In this document: piece after piece, positions 36,141 through 45,230 of the stretch | Numbering within the stretch: the stretch's first letter is position 1 | How the letters are laid out: each line of letters begins with the position of its first letter | NCBI GenBank assembly: GCA_964629225.1 | Contig: CAZVQC010000006.1 | Location: forward strand, 1-50,623 | DNA: 50,623 nucleotides | DNA from: an uncultured Ruminococcus sp. | GTDB lineage: Bacteria; Bacillota; Clostridia; Oscillospirales; CAG-272 | Direction of reading: 5' to 3' | Translations under genes and position numbers: made by a program | Notes under the pieces: generated by a model | Told to the model about the DNA's origin: nothing | Seen by the model: the letters and a program-made list of their open reading frames with translations, nothing else | The model's database searches: none

Positions 36141-36890
36141 ATGGCTAACAAATGCGCTATCTGCGGAGCTGAAGTCAACGTATTTCAGGCTCAAAAACTG
36201 AGTGACGGCAATTACATCTGCCGCAAAAATTGCAGAGCAAAGGGACTTAAGGTCTTTGACTACGTTCACGGAACTCTGTCCCAGGTCAACGCTCACATCG
36301 CACAGGTGGAGCGGGGAACGAAACTCTGGGAGCATTACTTCGTTCCCAAAATGAGTGAGAAGGACAAGGAAAAGAAGCTCGTTCAACCGGGCGGACATTT
36401 CTACGTTGCCGCAGACATCGGTCTTATGGCCTACGTTCAGAACGACTATAAGTTCTTCCTTTTCGGCAAGACCACCCGTGCCTGCGTCTACCGTATCGCG
36501 GACCTGCGTGACTACGACTATGAGGAGCGTGAGGTAAAGAACGGCGATACCGTTGAGAAGAAGTCCTACATTCATGTGGTATTCACCAACACCGAGGGAC
36601 TTTTCGACATCACCGAGCCCATCACGAGCACCTCTTATACAACTTTTGTGAAATACTTCAACAAGCTGTTCGGCATCGAGAAGACTCTCGGTAACATGAA
36701 AAACACCGTGAAGAATCAGATGAATGCCGCAAAGAGCGTTGCCGACGGCTTCAAAGCGGTCCTTTCCGGTGACGGAGATGCCGTTGAGAAAGCGGCAGAA
36801 GCAAGTGCGGACCTTGACAAAGCGCAATACGGCGATCGCACGGAACTTATAAGAAAGGCTGACGAGGCACTTGCGGCTTTCAATGGCTGA
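36141..36890 (+). CDS. DUF4428-like zinc-ribbon protein (paralog of the N-domain of 34686-35624)
   Basis: N-terminus MANKCAICGAEVNVFQAQKLSDGNYICRKNC has the same C.ICG...KL.DG..IC..C architecture. RBS GGAGGAAC. Confidence 0.55.
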   Translation: MANKCAICGAEVNVFQAQKLSDGNYICRKNCRAKGLKVFDYVHGTLSQVNAHIAQVERGTKLWEHYFVPKMSEKDKEKKLVQPGGHFYVAADIGLMAYVQNDYKFFLFGKTTRACVYRIADLRDYDYEEREVKNGDTVEKKSYIHVVFTNTEGLFDITEPITSTSYTTFVKYFNKLFGIEKTLGNMKNTVKNQMNAAKSVADGFKAVLSGDGDAVEKAAEASADLDKAQYGDRTELIRKADEALAAFNG

Positions 36891-36923
36891 CATTGGCAAA
36901 AGACACGAAAGGAGTGATCTTTT

Positions 36924-38018
36924 TTGAACACATTGCAAGAATACAAGTGTCCCTGCTGTGGCGGTGCGATAGCATTTGACAGCAGTCTCCAGAAGATGAA
37001 GTGTCCCTATTGCGAGACCGAATTCGACATGGAGACTCTTTCGGGCTACGACTCTGTCCTTCAGGGCGAAAGAGCGGACGATATGCACTGGGAGAATACC
37101 GCCGGTGCAGAATGGGAAAGCGGTGAGGCGGACGGTCTTCGCTCCTACGTCTGCAAGTCTTGCGGAGGCGAGATAGTCGGCGACGAGACCACCGGCGCCA
37201 CATCCTGTCCCTTCTGCGGAAATCCGGTGGTTATGATGGGGCAGTTTTCGGGAAGTCTCAAGCCCGACTACGTCGTCCCCTTCAAGTTTGACAAAAAGGC
37301 GGCAAAGGCGGGGCTCATGAAGCACCTTTCCGGAAAGCGCCTTCTTCCCAAGGTATTCAAGGATCAGAATCACATTGATGAGATAAAGGGAGTCTACGTT
37401 CCTTTTTGGCTCTTTGACTGCGACGTGAGCGCTCAGGTGCGCTACCGTGCCACAAGGGTCAGGACCTGGAGCGACAGTGACTACAACTACACCGAGACAC
37501 AGCACTTTGCAGTCTTCAGGGGCGGCAATATCGGTTTTGCCGGCGTTCCCGTGGACGGCTCCACAAAGATGGCGGACGATCTTATGGAATCCATTGAGCC
37601 TTTCAATTTTAATGAGGCTGTGGACTTTCAGACCGCTTACCTTGCGGGATATCTTGCGGATAAGTACGACGTGAGTGCGGAGGAGAGCATAGACCGTGCC
37701 AACGCCCGTGTTAAAAGCTCCACGGAGGTGGCTTTTGCCTCCACCGTACAGGGCTACGCTTCCGTTCAGACCGAAAGCAGCAACGTTCAGTTCTACGGCG
37801 GCAAGGCGAAGTACGCTCTCTACCCGGTGTGGCTCCTCAATACCACCTGGAACGGGAACAAGTACGTTTTCGCCATGAACGGTCAGACGGGAAAGTTCGT
37901 CGGTGACTTGCCGGTTGACAAGGGTGCCGCCACAAGGTGGACTCTCGGTCTTACTGCTGCCATCGGTGTCGGTGCTTACGTAGCGGTGTTTCTTTTGCAC
38001 CTGCTCGGAATTCTGTAA
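36924..38018 (+). CDS. double zinc-ribbon membrane protein (YdjG-like)
   Basis: N-terminal CPCCG..CPYC and CKSCG..CPFCG ribbons, a ~250-aa conserved domain, and a C-terminal TM helix (LTAAIGVGAYVAVFLLHLLGIL). Confidence 0.55.
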   Translation: MNTLQEYKCPCCGGAIAFDSSLQKMKCPYCETEFDMETLSGYDSVLQGERADDMHWENTAGAEWESGEADGLRSYVCKSCGGEIVGDETTGATSCPFCGNPVVMMGQFSGSLKPDYVVPFKFDKKAAKAGLMKHLSGKRLLPKVFKDQNHIDEIKGVYVPFWLFDCDVSAQVRYRATRVRTWSDSDYNYTETQHFAVFRGGNIGFAGVPVDGSTKMADDLMESIEPFNFNEAVDFQTAYLAGYLADKYDVSAEESIDRANARVKSSTEVAFASTVQGYASVQTESSNVQFYGGKAKYALYPVWLLNTTWNGNKYVFAMNGQTGKFVGDLPVDKGAATRWTLGLTAAIGVGAYVAVFLLHLLGIL

Positions 38019-38032
38019 GGAGGGGCTAAGTA

Positions 38033-38842
38033 ATGAAAAAGAAAATACTGTCATTTCTGCTTCTTGCAGTGATCTGCTTCGTTACCGTTTTGCCGATATC
38101 GGCTGCGGACGGCGGCTTTGCGGATGAGTACTATCGCCTCGGAGACAGCGCAGACCTGCTCTCCGATACGGAGGAGTCGGCTCTTCTTTCAAAGCTTGAT
38201 GAGATTAGTGTCCGTCAGAGCATGGACGTGGTGATCATCACCACCGACAGCATCGGGGACAAGAGCCCCATGGAGTATGCGGACGATATCTACGATGAAT
38301 GCAACTTCGGTTACGGAAGCAGCCGCGACGGTCTTCTCCTTCTTATCAGCATGGAGAACAATGACTGGTACATTTCCACCTGCGGCTACGGCATCTACGC
38401 TTTTACCGATGCGGGCATTCAGTACATAGGAAATGAGATCAAGGGCGATCTTTCAAACGGTAATTATTACTCCGCATTCGTAAGGTACATTGGTCTTTGC
38501 GACAACTTCATCACTCAGGCGAAATCCGGCGAACCCTTCGACCGAAGCAGTCTTCCGAAGGAGCCTCTGTCTCTGATCTGGATACCCGTGTCTGCCGTCA
38601 TCGGATTCGTTATCGCTCTTAACGCGGTAGGTTCCATGAAGAGAAAACTGAAGACCGTTCGCTTCCAGCCTACGGCTAACAGCTACGTCAAGCCCGGAAG
38701 CATGGTGATCACTCAGAACAGCGATCTGTTCCTCTACAACACCGTAACCAAAACGGCAAGACCCAAAGACAACGATTCCGGAAGCAGCACGCACACTTCA
38801 TCCTCCGGCACCACACACGGCGGTGGCGGCGGAAAATTCTAG
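38033..38842 (+). CDS. TPM-domain protein (YgcG/YdjH-like) with C-terminal TM helix and Gly-rich tail
   Basis: Signal peptide, then a TPM-domain pattern (DSADLLSDTEESALLSKLDEISVRQSMDVVIITTDS...DGLLLLISMENNDWYISTCGYG), a TM helix and a GGGGGKF terminus. Confidence 0.7.
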   Translation: MKKKILSFLLLAVICFVTVLPISAADGGFADEYYRLGDSADLLSDTEESALLSKLDEISVRQSMDVVIITTDSIGDKSPMEYADDIYDECNFGYGSSRDGLLLLISMENNDWYISTCGYGIYAFTDAGIQYIGNEIKGDLSNGNYYSAFVRYIGLCDNFITQAKSGEPFDRSSLPKEPLSLIWIPVSAVIGFVIALNAVGSMKRKLKTVRFQPTANSYVKPGSMVITQNSDLFLYNTVTKTARPKDNDSGSSTHTSSSGTTHGGGGGKF

Positions 38843-38900
38843 AATTCGAATTTGAAAAACAATGCTTGATCCAACAGTTGCTTATTAGGATGAAACAACA

Positions 38901-39343
38901 ATGAAAAAGGCATTACTCGTTATTATGACGTTCTTAATGGTATTCTCTGTCACAGCTTGCGGCGGAAACATGGCAACAACGGAGACGGCATGGATATCAA
39001 GGTAGATCCCATTCAAACAGTGGCAGAGACCTACGGTCTGGACTTGGCATCCACCGCAGAGCAGTCAATGAGCAGCGAGCGCGCGACCAAAGATCAACTC
39101 AGCGCTCTCAAGCACGATTTCTTCAAGGATACCATGATGTTTGAAAGAACCGAGTTTGCAGATCTGACTTATGACGATATTAAAGCTCAACTCGGTGTTG
39201 ATGCATCATACTACTACTTTGAAGACGCTCTCGTTGAAAAGCAGTGCTTCGTATGGCAGGCAGACGGCAACGATGCCGCTAAGATCTTGATCAGCTTCAC
39301 AAACGGCATACTCTACGGTCTCGGCAGTGCCAATATCGGCTGA
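38901..39343 (+). pseudogene. frameshifted small lipoprotein gene
   Basis: The ATG at 38901 encodes a perfect lipoprotein signal peptide (MKKALLVIMTFLMVFSVTAC-GGN) that hits a stop at 39003-39005. The 128-aa body (ORF 38957-39343) is in the -1 frame. Confidence 0.5.
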
Positions 39344-39415
39344 TACCGACATTGACAGATCCCAACTCCGAAATGACCGACAGTATTCGGAGATCATAAT
39401 TCAAGGAGGAATATC

Positions 39416-39985
39416 ATGAGTATTTTTGACAAACTGAAAAGCGCGGCAGGTCAGGCTGTCACATCGGCAGTCCAGTCTGTCGGCAACAAGAGAGAGACTT
39501 TCACATTTGCATCTCTGCCTGAGAACCTTGCCGAAATGCAGTCCCTTCCCGAGGCAAGCCTTGACACACCTTACAAGACTGCGGCTCTTACAGTCCTTGC
39601 GCTCTGCGCTTACGCTGCAGACAAGGGCATCGGCACGGAGATGCTGAACTGGCTTCGCGGTCCCCGTCCTCTTAACGGTCAGGAGATCTCATTCCTTAAC
39701 GACCGCTTCCGTGACGGCAAGACCTATCTGCCTTTCACCTATTTTGCAGGTTCAACACCCGACAACAACTACACGCCCACACAGCCCTATACTGTGGTGG
39801 TTGAGAGCAATCACACCTCCGATGACGAGGCGGGATACATGAAACTGTTCATCCCCTGCGGCGGTGCAGACGATCCGAGACCCATCAAACTCCGTCAGCG
39901 CGGCAGCGACGGCAAGTGGTTCCTTTGGGAACAGTATCTCCTCACCGGAGTACGCACTCCGAAGGCTGCTGACCCTTGGGCATAA
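39416..39985 (+). CDS. hypothetical protein
   Basis: 189 aa. RBS AAGGAGGAA. N-terminus MSIFDKLKSAAGQ resembles the MGLFDK-type N-termini of neighbouring genes. Confidence 0.5.
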   Translation: MSIFDKLKSAAGQAVTSAVQSVGNKRETFTFASLPENLAEMQSLPEASLDTPYKTAALTVLALCAYAADKGIGTEMLNWLRGPRPLNGQEISFLNDRFRDGKTYLPFTYFAGSTPDNNYTPTQPYTVVVESNHTSDDEAGYMKLFIPCGGADDPRPIKLRQRGSDGKWFLWEQYLLTGVRTPKAADPWA

Positions 39986-39997
39986 GGAGGTCATGTC

Positions 39998-40402
39998 ATG
40001 GATCATATCGGAAAATGGAAACTTAAGGGCATGAACGTCCCCACGGAAAACGGAATGGTATTCTGCACCAAGGAGACCATCCCGGACGAATTCAAAGAAA
40101 CTTTTGAAGAGACGGAACTCACAGAACTCGAATTCCTTGAGGACGGCACGTACAACATGATACAAAAGGTTGAGGGCGAGCTTGCCGAGCAGGCAAAGGC
40201 GGAAGGAATGGAGATCCGCGATGACGGCTATGTTGTGGCTCTCAGTGCAAAATGGGAAGACCGTAACGGCACCGTCTATTATGACACCGGTGCTGAAGGT
40301 ACCATCTTGGATGAGGAGATCGATCCCTTTGAACCTCTTCAGTTCAGCGAGGACGGTTACCTGATTTACAACTACGGTATGTGCTTTTTCGAGCGCGCGT
40401 GA
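39998..40402 (+). CDS. acidic hypothetical protein
   Basis: 134 aa. RBS AAGGAGG. Confidence 0.5.
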   Translation: MDHIGKWKLKGMNVPTENGMVFCTKETIPDEFKETFEETELTELEFLEDGTYNMIQKVEGELAEQAKAEGMEIRDDGYVVALSAKWEDRNGTVYYDTGAEGTILDEEIDPFEPLQFSEDGYLIYNYGMCFFERA

Positions 40403-40700
40403 TCTGTTTTTGAGATAGTTTTTTTCGGGGAGGGCTTTTTCCCAAAAAGCCCTCCCCGACTCCTTCCCAAAAAAACTTGGGGGTGTTTTTTATTGGGGAG
40501 GACTTTTTTGAAAAAAGTCCTCCCCAATCCCCTCCCAAAAAAACTTTTGGGAAGGCTTTGGCGGAGGGAACGAGCATTCGGGAAGAGGGATCTGTGCGGC
40601 GTCCCCGCTTCATCGTTTTGTAAGGTTCTGTCTCCCGGCGGGCAAAGCGGGCATAGATCGCTTTGCGGCGCCGGGGGCGGTGGACGTCACCTTTTTGACA
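40403..40700. repeat. composite intergenic repeat: two ~65-bp palindromic hairpin units plus a truncated copy of the ~155-bp repeat
   Basis: Hairpins GGGAGGGCTTTTTCCCAAAAAGCCCTCCCC and GGGGAGGACTTTTTTGAAAAAAGTCCTCCCC, each followed by CCCAAAAAAACTTTGGG. Positions 40568-40690 are homologous to 3161-3285 and 44050-44170. Confidence 0.55.
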
Positions 40701-41020
40701 ATGGCGAATCTTTGCCGTGCTTGCATTAAAACTGCCGAGCACTCTCACTAAAAAGCCGCCGGATTGCACAATGACGCCTCACGGCACCCGATTGCGCCGT
40801 AAATTCATGAATGACGTAGGTGCCAATTCATTTTTTCACCTAATTTTAGGAGAAATTCACAAAAGGGACTATACAAACGGCGATAGTTATGATATAATAT
40901 AACCGTAGATGGGAAAGGCGGTAAGATAAAAACCACGGTAAAGCCCGTCACAGCCGCATCATTTCCTTCTGCAAAGGCGGCTTTATGCCGCAAGAAAATC
41001 ACAGAAAAGGCGGTATTCCT

Positions 41021-41551
41021 ATGAAAACAACAGTTAATGGCAGACAGATGAGTGTTTACGACGATACGAGAGCTCTTATCGAGAAGAAGCTTTCCAAGTT
41101 CGATAAGTACTTCAAGGGAGAACCGGAAGCCTTTGTCACCTTAAGGCGTGTCCGTGATAAGGACCGCATGGAAGTCACCATCTCCTGCAACGGAACTCTT
41201 TTCCGTGCAGAACAGACCGATGACACCTTCCGCAAAGCACTTGACGAGTGCATCGAGTCCATCGAGAGACAGCTTCGCAAGAACAAGACGAGACTTCAAA
41301 AGAAGTTGAGAGAGAAGATCGACTTTCCCTCTTACGGGGATGGGGAGGCTGTAGCTGAGGAGGACGAATTCCGCATTCGCCGCAAGAGCTTCAGGCTGAA
41401 GCCCATGACTCCAGAGGAGGCGATACTCCAGATGAATCTTTTGGGACATTCTTTCTTCGTTTACCGTGATGACGTCACCGGCGAGACCAACGTAGTATAC
41501 AAGAAGGAGGACGGCTCTTACGGACTTATCGAGCCCGAGACCGTCGGCTGA
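41021..41551 (+). CDS. hpf: ribosome hibernation-promoting factor (long HPF)
   Basis: MKTTVNGRQMSVYDDTRALIEKKLSKFDKYF is a YfiA/HPF N-domain. The C-terminal dimerisation domain is present. An extended -10 (TATGATATAAT) lies upstream. Confidence 0.85.
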   Translation: MKTTVNGRQMSVYDDTRALIEKKLSKFDKYFKGEPEAFVTLRRVRDKDRMEVTISCNGTLFRAEQTDDTFRKALDECIESIERQLRKNKTRLQKKLREKIDFPSYGDGEAVAEEDEFRIRRKSFRLKPMTPEEAILQMNLLGHSFFVYRDDVTGETNVVYKKEDGSYGLIEPETVG

Positions 41552-41677
41552 GAGCACCGAGCCCTTGAGCTTGGCACATTTTCGATGTTGTCGTGTGAAG
41601 CTTTGGCTTTTTAGATCCGGTTTGACGTTTTAGACCGGGCGTCGCGGCAACTGAAAACCGATAACGGATAATAATAA

Positions 41678-41712
41678 CGGGAGAGGCCTTTGGTCTCTCC
41701 CGTCGAATTTGT
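41678..41712 (+). terminator. rho-independent terminator of hpf
   Basis: CGGGAGAGGCC-tttg-GTCTCTCCCG followed by a T-rich stretch. Confidence 0.6.
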
Positions 41713-41829
41713 GCTCATTTTTATGAAAATATTCAGTCGACTGCGTTTTATCATAAAAAAAAGATCGGCGTCAAGTCGTTTTTATTATATTGTATCCTGC
41801 CGTTTTTGAGGATCGCTTTTCGGGTGCGG

Positions 41830-42690
41830 TCAAGAGGAGCTCTTTAATGTGGCGATGACGAGCTCCGGAGGGTCAAAGAGGCGAAAGGGGAAACTGCTGT
41901 TTCCGATGCCTCTGCTGACTATCATATCGGTACTGCCCACGTGGTAGAGACCCGACGTGTACTTTGGAAAAATGCCTTGACCGGGGGCAAACAGACCGCC
42001 TATAAAGGTAAGTCTGAACTGTCCTCCGTGGGCGTGGCCGGAGAAAACGAGATCCACGTTCGACTCTATGTAAGTCTCTATCAGCTCCGGACGGTGGGAG
42101 AGGAGCACTCGGTATCCGTCGGTGTCCTCGGTTAAGTCGTTAAGTATTCCGCCGATCAGGTCGGGAAAGAGTGTCGGGTCAGTCTTTTGGTAGGTGGGGT
42201 CATCGATGCCGATAAGGGTGATGCTTTCTCCGTCTTTTCCTATCTTGCATTTTTCGTTTTTCATGACCTTGACTCCGAGGGAGGAAAGGCTTTTTTCAAA
42301 TTCTTTGCTTCCCGATATCCTCTTTTCGTGGTTGCCCGTTACGTAGTATGTGGGAGCGATGGCGGTGAGCTCCTTTGCAAGGCTCAAAGCGCAGGGGACG
42401 TCGGTGTGCCTTGAGTCGATCATGTCCCCCGTCATTGCGATGATATCCGGGGAGCATTCCCTGAGCGCTTCTACAATGCTTTTGTTACCTTCGTCAAGGG
42501 TCGCATTGTGAAGGTCGGATATTTGGGCTATTACGAAGCCGTCAAAAGAGTCGGGGACTTTTTCGCTTTCCACGGTGATATTTGACACCGTAAGTCTTTT
42601 ATTGTCCACGGCGACAAATACGCCGAAAGCCGTTATAAGTAGTATTATCGCCGTTATGATGATAATTTTAACTTTCAATTCTGACACCAC
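41830..42690 (-). CDS. calcineurin-like metallophosphoesterase (YkuE-type) with N-terminal TM anchor
   Basis: DLHN, GDMID, GNHE and GHAHGGQ motifs in the canonical order. Confidence 0.8.
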   Translation of the reverse strand: MVSELKVKIIIITAIILLITAFGVFVAVDNKRLTVSNITVESEKVPDSFDGFVIAQISDLHNATLDEGNKSIVEALRECSPDIIAMTGDMIDSRHTDVPCALSLAKELTAIAPTYYVTGNHEKRISGSKEFEKSLSSLGVKVMKNEKCKIGKDGESITLIGIDDPTYQKTDPTLFPDLIGGILNDLTEDTDGYRVLLSHRPELIETYIESNVDLVFSGHAHGGQFRLTFIGGLFAPGQGIFPKYTSGLYHVGSTDMIVSRGIGNSSFPFRLFDPPELVIATLKSSS

Positions 42691-42848
42691 CTGTCGAAAG
42701 TATTATATCACAAAAAATGGAAAAATTCAACTGAGAAAGTCGGATGTGATAACAAGTGTTATATTTTTTTGTCTTTTTCGCTTTTTGATGTTGCAAAAAC
42801 ATTCTTACTGTGGTATCATTGAGTATCAGATCGATTTGGGGGTTCAAT

Positions 42849-43523
42849 ATGAAAAAAGTCAGCAGGATACTTTGGGGCATAGTTCTCGTGGTTTTGGGAC
42901 TGCTCTTTATTTTGAAGATCTGTAACGTTTTTACTTTCGATATTTTTTTTGACGGCTGGTGGACTCTGTTCATCATCGTTCCTTCCGTCATCGGACTTAT
43001 CTGCGAGAGGGACAAGACTTGGAATTTTATCTGCCTTGCGGTAGGTATCATTTTTCTCCTTTGCGCTCGTTCCGTGCTTGACTGGGGAATGATGTGGAAG
43101 CTGGTTATTCCCGTTGTGGCGGTCATTGTGGGTATCAGAATGATATTTGCCGACCTCTTCAAAAAGAAGTCGGTACCCGCTCCCGCAGTATCGGGAAATG
43201 CTCCCAAGGGGAATATGAGTGCGTCCTTCGGCTCGGAGAAGTATTGCTATGACGGACAGGTCTTTGAGGGAGCGGATCTCAGCGCTTCCTTCGGGGCAGT
43301 GGCTTGTGATGCTCGCAAGGCCATCATCAACAGGGACTGCGTCATCAATGCAAATGCCAAATTCGGTGCGGTGGAGATACTTCTTCCCGATAACGTGAAC
43401 GTGGTCGTGAGGTCGGAGGCCGCCTTCGGCGGAGTTGAAAACAAGAGACCGGTGACCACTGAGCATCCCTTCACGATCACCGTCAATGCTAATGCAAACT
43501 TCGGCGGGATCGAGATAAAGTAG
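42849..43523 (+). CDS. LiaF-like membrane protein with C-terminal toastrack (DUF2154/DUF4097-like) domain
   Basis: Four TM helices, then repeated beta-strand units (ASFGSEKY, ASFGAVACD, AKFGAVEIL, AAFGGVEN, ANFGGIEIK). Confidence 0.5.
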   Translation: MKKVSRILWGIVLVVLGLLFILKICNVFTFDIFFDGWWTLFIIVPSVIGLICERDKTWNFICLAVGIIFLLCARSVLDWGMMWKLVIPVVAVIVGIRMIFADLFKKKSVPAPAVSGNAPKGNMSASFGSEKYCYDGQVFEGADLSASFGAVACDARKAIINRDCVINANAKFGAVEILLPDNVNVVVRSEAAFGGVENKRPVTTEHPFTITVNANANFGGIEIK

Positions 43524-43534
43524 TATTTTGAAAG

Positions 43535-43566
43535 AAGAGACCGCCGTCGGGCGGTCTCTTTGCTTC
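43535..43566 (+). terminator. rho-independent terminator
   Basis: GAGACCGCC-gtcg-GGCGGTCTC followed by TTTGCTT. Confidence 0.55.
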
Positions 43567-43599
43567 GGATCCGGCGGATCGACAATGTTAAATGCAAAA

Positions 43600-43634
43600 A
43601 ATGAAAAGAGCACTTGCATTGGCAAGTGCTCTTC
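43600..43634 (-). terminator. hairpin terminator after tRNA-Gln
   Basis: GAGCACTTGC-attg-GCAAGTGCTC followed by T-rich sequence on the minus strand. Confidence 0.5.
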
Positions 43635-43635
43635 T

Positions 43636-43709
43636 TGGCTGCGGAACTAGGATTTGAACCCAGACAAACAGAGTCAGAGTCTGTCGTGCTACCCTTACAC
43701 AATTCCGCA
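43636..43709 (-). tRNA. tRNA-Gln (anticodon CTG)
   Basis: 74 nt. TGCGGAA/TTCCGCA acceptor stem; anticodon arm ACAGA-CTCTGAC-TCTGT; T-arm CTGGG-TTCAAAT-CCTAG; discriminator G plus CCA. Architecture parallels B. subtilis tRNA-Gln. Confidence 0.7.
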
Positions 43710-43789
43710 ATTTCCAAGGAACATATTGGAGTATAGCAAAAAAACTCGCTTTTGTCAATAGTTTTTTCGAAAAAAGTGAAAAATGTTGG

Positions 43790-44172
43790 TAGGTTTTTCG
43801 GGGGATTCTTTTGGGAGGACTTTTATCAAAAACGTCCTCCCAAAACCCTTCTCAAAAAAACTTTGGGATGTTTTTTGCAGGGTTCTTTTGCCTCGGGTGG
43901 CTACAGAGTGCTTGCAGATCCCGCAAGCGCTTTTGCCGCGAGTTACTTTTGCGCAGCGGGAAAATCATTGAGGCGTTGAGGAGCATTATCGGGAACCCCT
44001 CACGCTGCGCAAAACCTTTGCAGCCGCCGCGCGTCCCGCTTCCCGGCGATGGGAGCAAGCATTCGGGAAGCGGGATCTGTGCGGCGCCCCTGCTTCATCT
44101 GTTTGTAAGGCTTCATCCCCCGGCGGCAAAGCGGACGAAGGTCGCTTTGCAACGCCGTGGGCGGTATGAGAC
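43790..44172. repeat. composite intergenic repeat copy 3 (one hairpin unit plus a full ~155-bp repeat)
   Basis: Hairpin GGGAGGACTTTTATCAAAAACGTCCTCCC at ~43809-43838. Positions 44021-44170 are ~88% identical to 3129-3285. Confidence 0.55.
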
Positions 44173-44502
44173 GGTTTCTGTTTTTTCGAACTTTTGCGAA
44201 GCTGCTTGTGATCGGTGCCTCACTTTTTTAACGGCTCCCGGTTTGCTCGGTGCCTCGTTTTTTGAAAAAACGAAAAAAGCCGGGACGATACTTCTTTACA
44301 AAACGGATGAGATGTGGTATCATTGGTAATGATACCTCAGTTGGGAGATACTTCAGTCGGAGGAATCATGGATGCTTTCTTAAAACGCTTTTTAACTGCC
44401 GCTCCGGTGGGAACCGCTTTTTCTCTTGCGGTCTTTTCTGTTGTGGCGGTGGTGGCGGTATTTCTTTTGTGACGGCTTTTTGCCGATCTCGGAGGGCTTG
44501 CT

Positions 44503-45219
44503 TTGAGGCTTGACAAATTTTTCAGTGAGACCGGGACTCTTTCAAGGCGGGAATGTGCCGCCTTTGCAAAACGGGGGCAGGTGACGGTGAACGGTGTTGC
44601 CGTAAGGGACGTTTCACGTCACGTGGATCCCGATGCCGATGAGATAGCTCTCGGAGGCACGGTCATTCGGTGGAAAAAGTTTTCCTACATAATGTTGAAC
44701 AAGCCGTCGGGTTACGTCAGCTCCACCGAGGACCGGGGACGGACAGTAATGGAGCTTTTGCCGGAGAAATATCTTAAGATGGGCTTCTTTCCTGCCGGAA
44801 GGCTTGATATCGATACTACCGGCCTTCTTCTTATCACAAATGATGGGGAGACTGCCCACAGGCTCTTGTCGCCTAAGTACCACGTTAAGAAGACCTATTA
44901 TTTCGAGTGTTCCGAGGTCATTACCGAGGAGATGAGGCACTGTCTTGAAGGCGGAGTGGATCTCGGAACTTGGGTGACCGCACCCGCCGAGGTGACACTT
45001 AAGGACGGCACGTCCGGAACCGTGGCTATCACGGAGGGAAAATTTCATCAAATAAAAATAATGTTCCATACGGTGGGAAGCGATATCACTTCACTTAAGA
45101 GGATATCCTTCGGGCCTTTGGAACTTGATGCCGCCCTCAAAGACGGGGAGTGGCGGGAGCTTGACCGAGCGGAAGAAGCGGCGCTTCTCATGGCGGCAGG
45201 CAGAGATAACATAGGATAA
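44503..45219 (+). CDS. rsuA: 16S rRNA pseudouridine(516) synthase
   Basis: TTG start 6 nt after GGAGGG. MRLDKF.. S4 domain and AGRLDIDTTGLLLITNDGE catalytic motif; colinear with E. coli RsuA. Confidence 0.8.
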   Translation: MRLDKFFSETGTLSRRECAAFAKRGQVTVNGVAVRDVSRHVDPDADEIALGGTVIRWKKFSYIMLNKPSGYVSSTEDRGRTVMELLPEKYLKMGFFPAGRLDIDTTGLLLITNDGETAHRLLSPKYHVKKTYYFECSEVITEEMRHCLEGGVDLGTWVTAPAEVTLKDGTSGTVAITEGKFHQIKIMFHTVGSDITSLKRISFGPLELDAALKDGEWRELDRAEEAALLMAAGRDNIG

Positions 45220-45230
45220 CGGAGGAGAAC

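Noticed and set aside
36054-38054. 666-aa minus-strand ORF spanning three plus-strand genes
   Set aside because: It is antisense to well-supported plus-strand genes that have RBSs and recognisable domains (zinc ribbons, TPM). Its composition is typical of open antisense frames in GC-rich DNA, and it has no RBS and no homology signal.
40403-40560. Possible CRISPR array, because of short palindromic repeats
   Set aside because: Only two adjacent units here plus one distant unit. The units are hairpins, not direct repeats with unique spacers, they show no regular periodicity, and there are no cas genes in the window.
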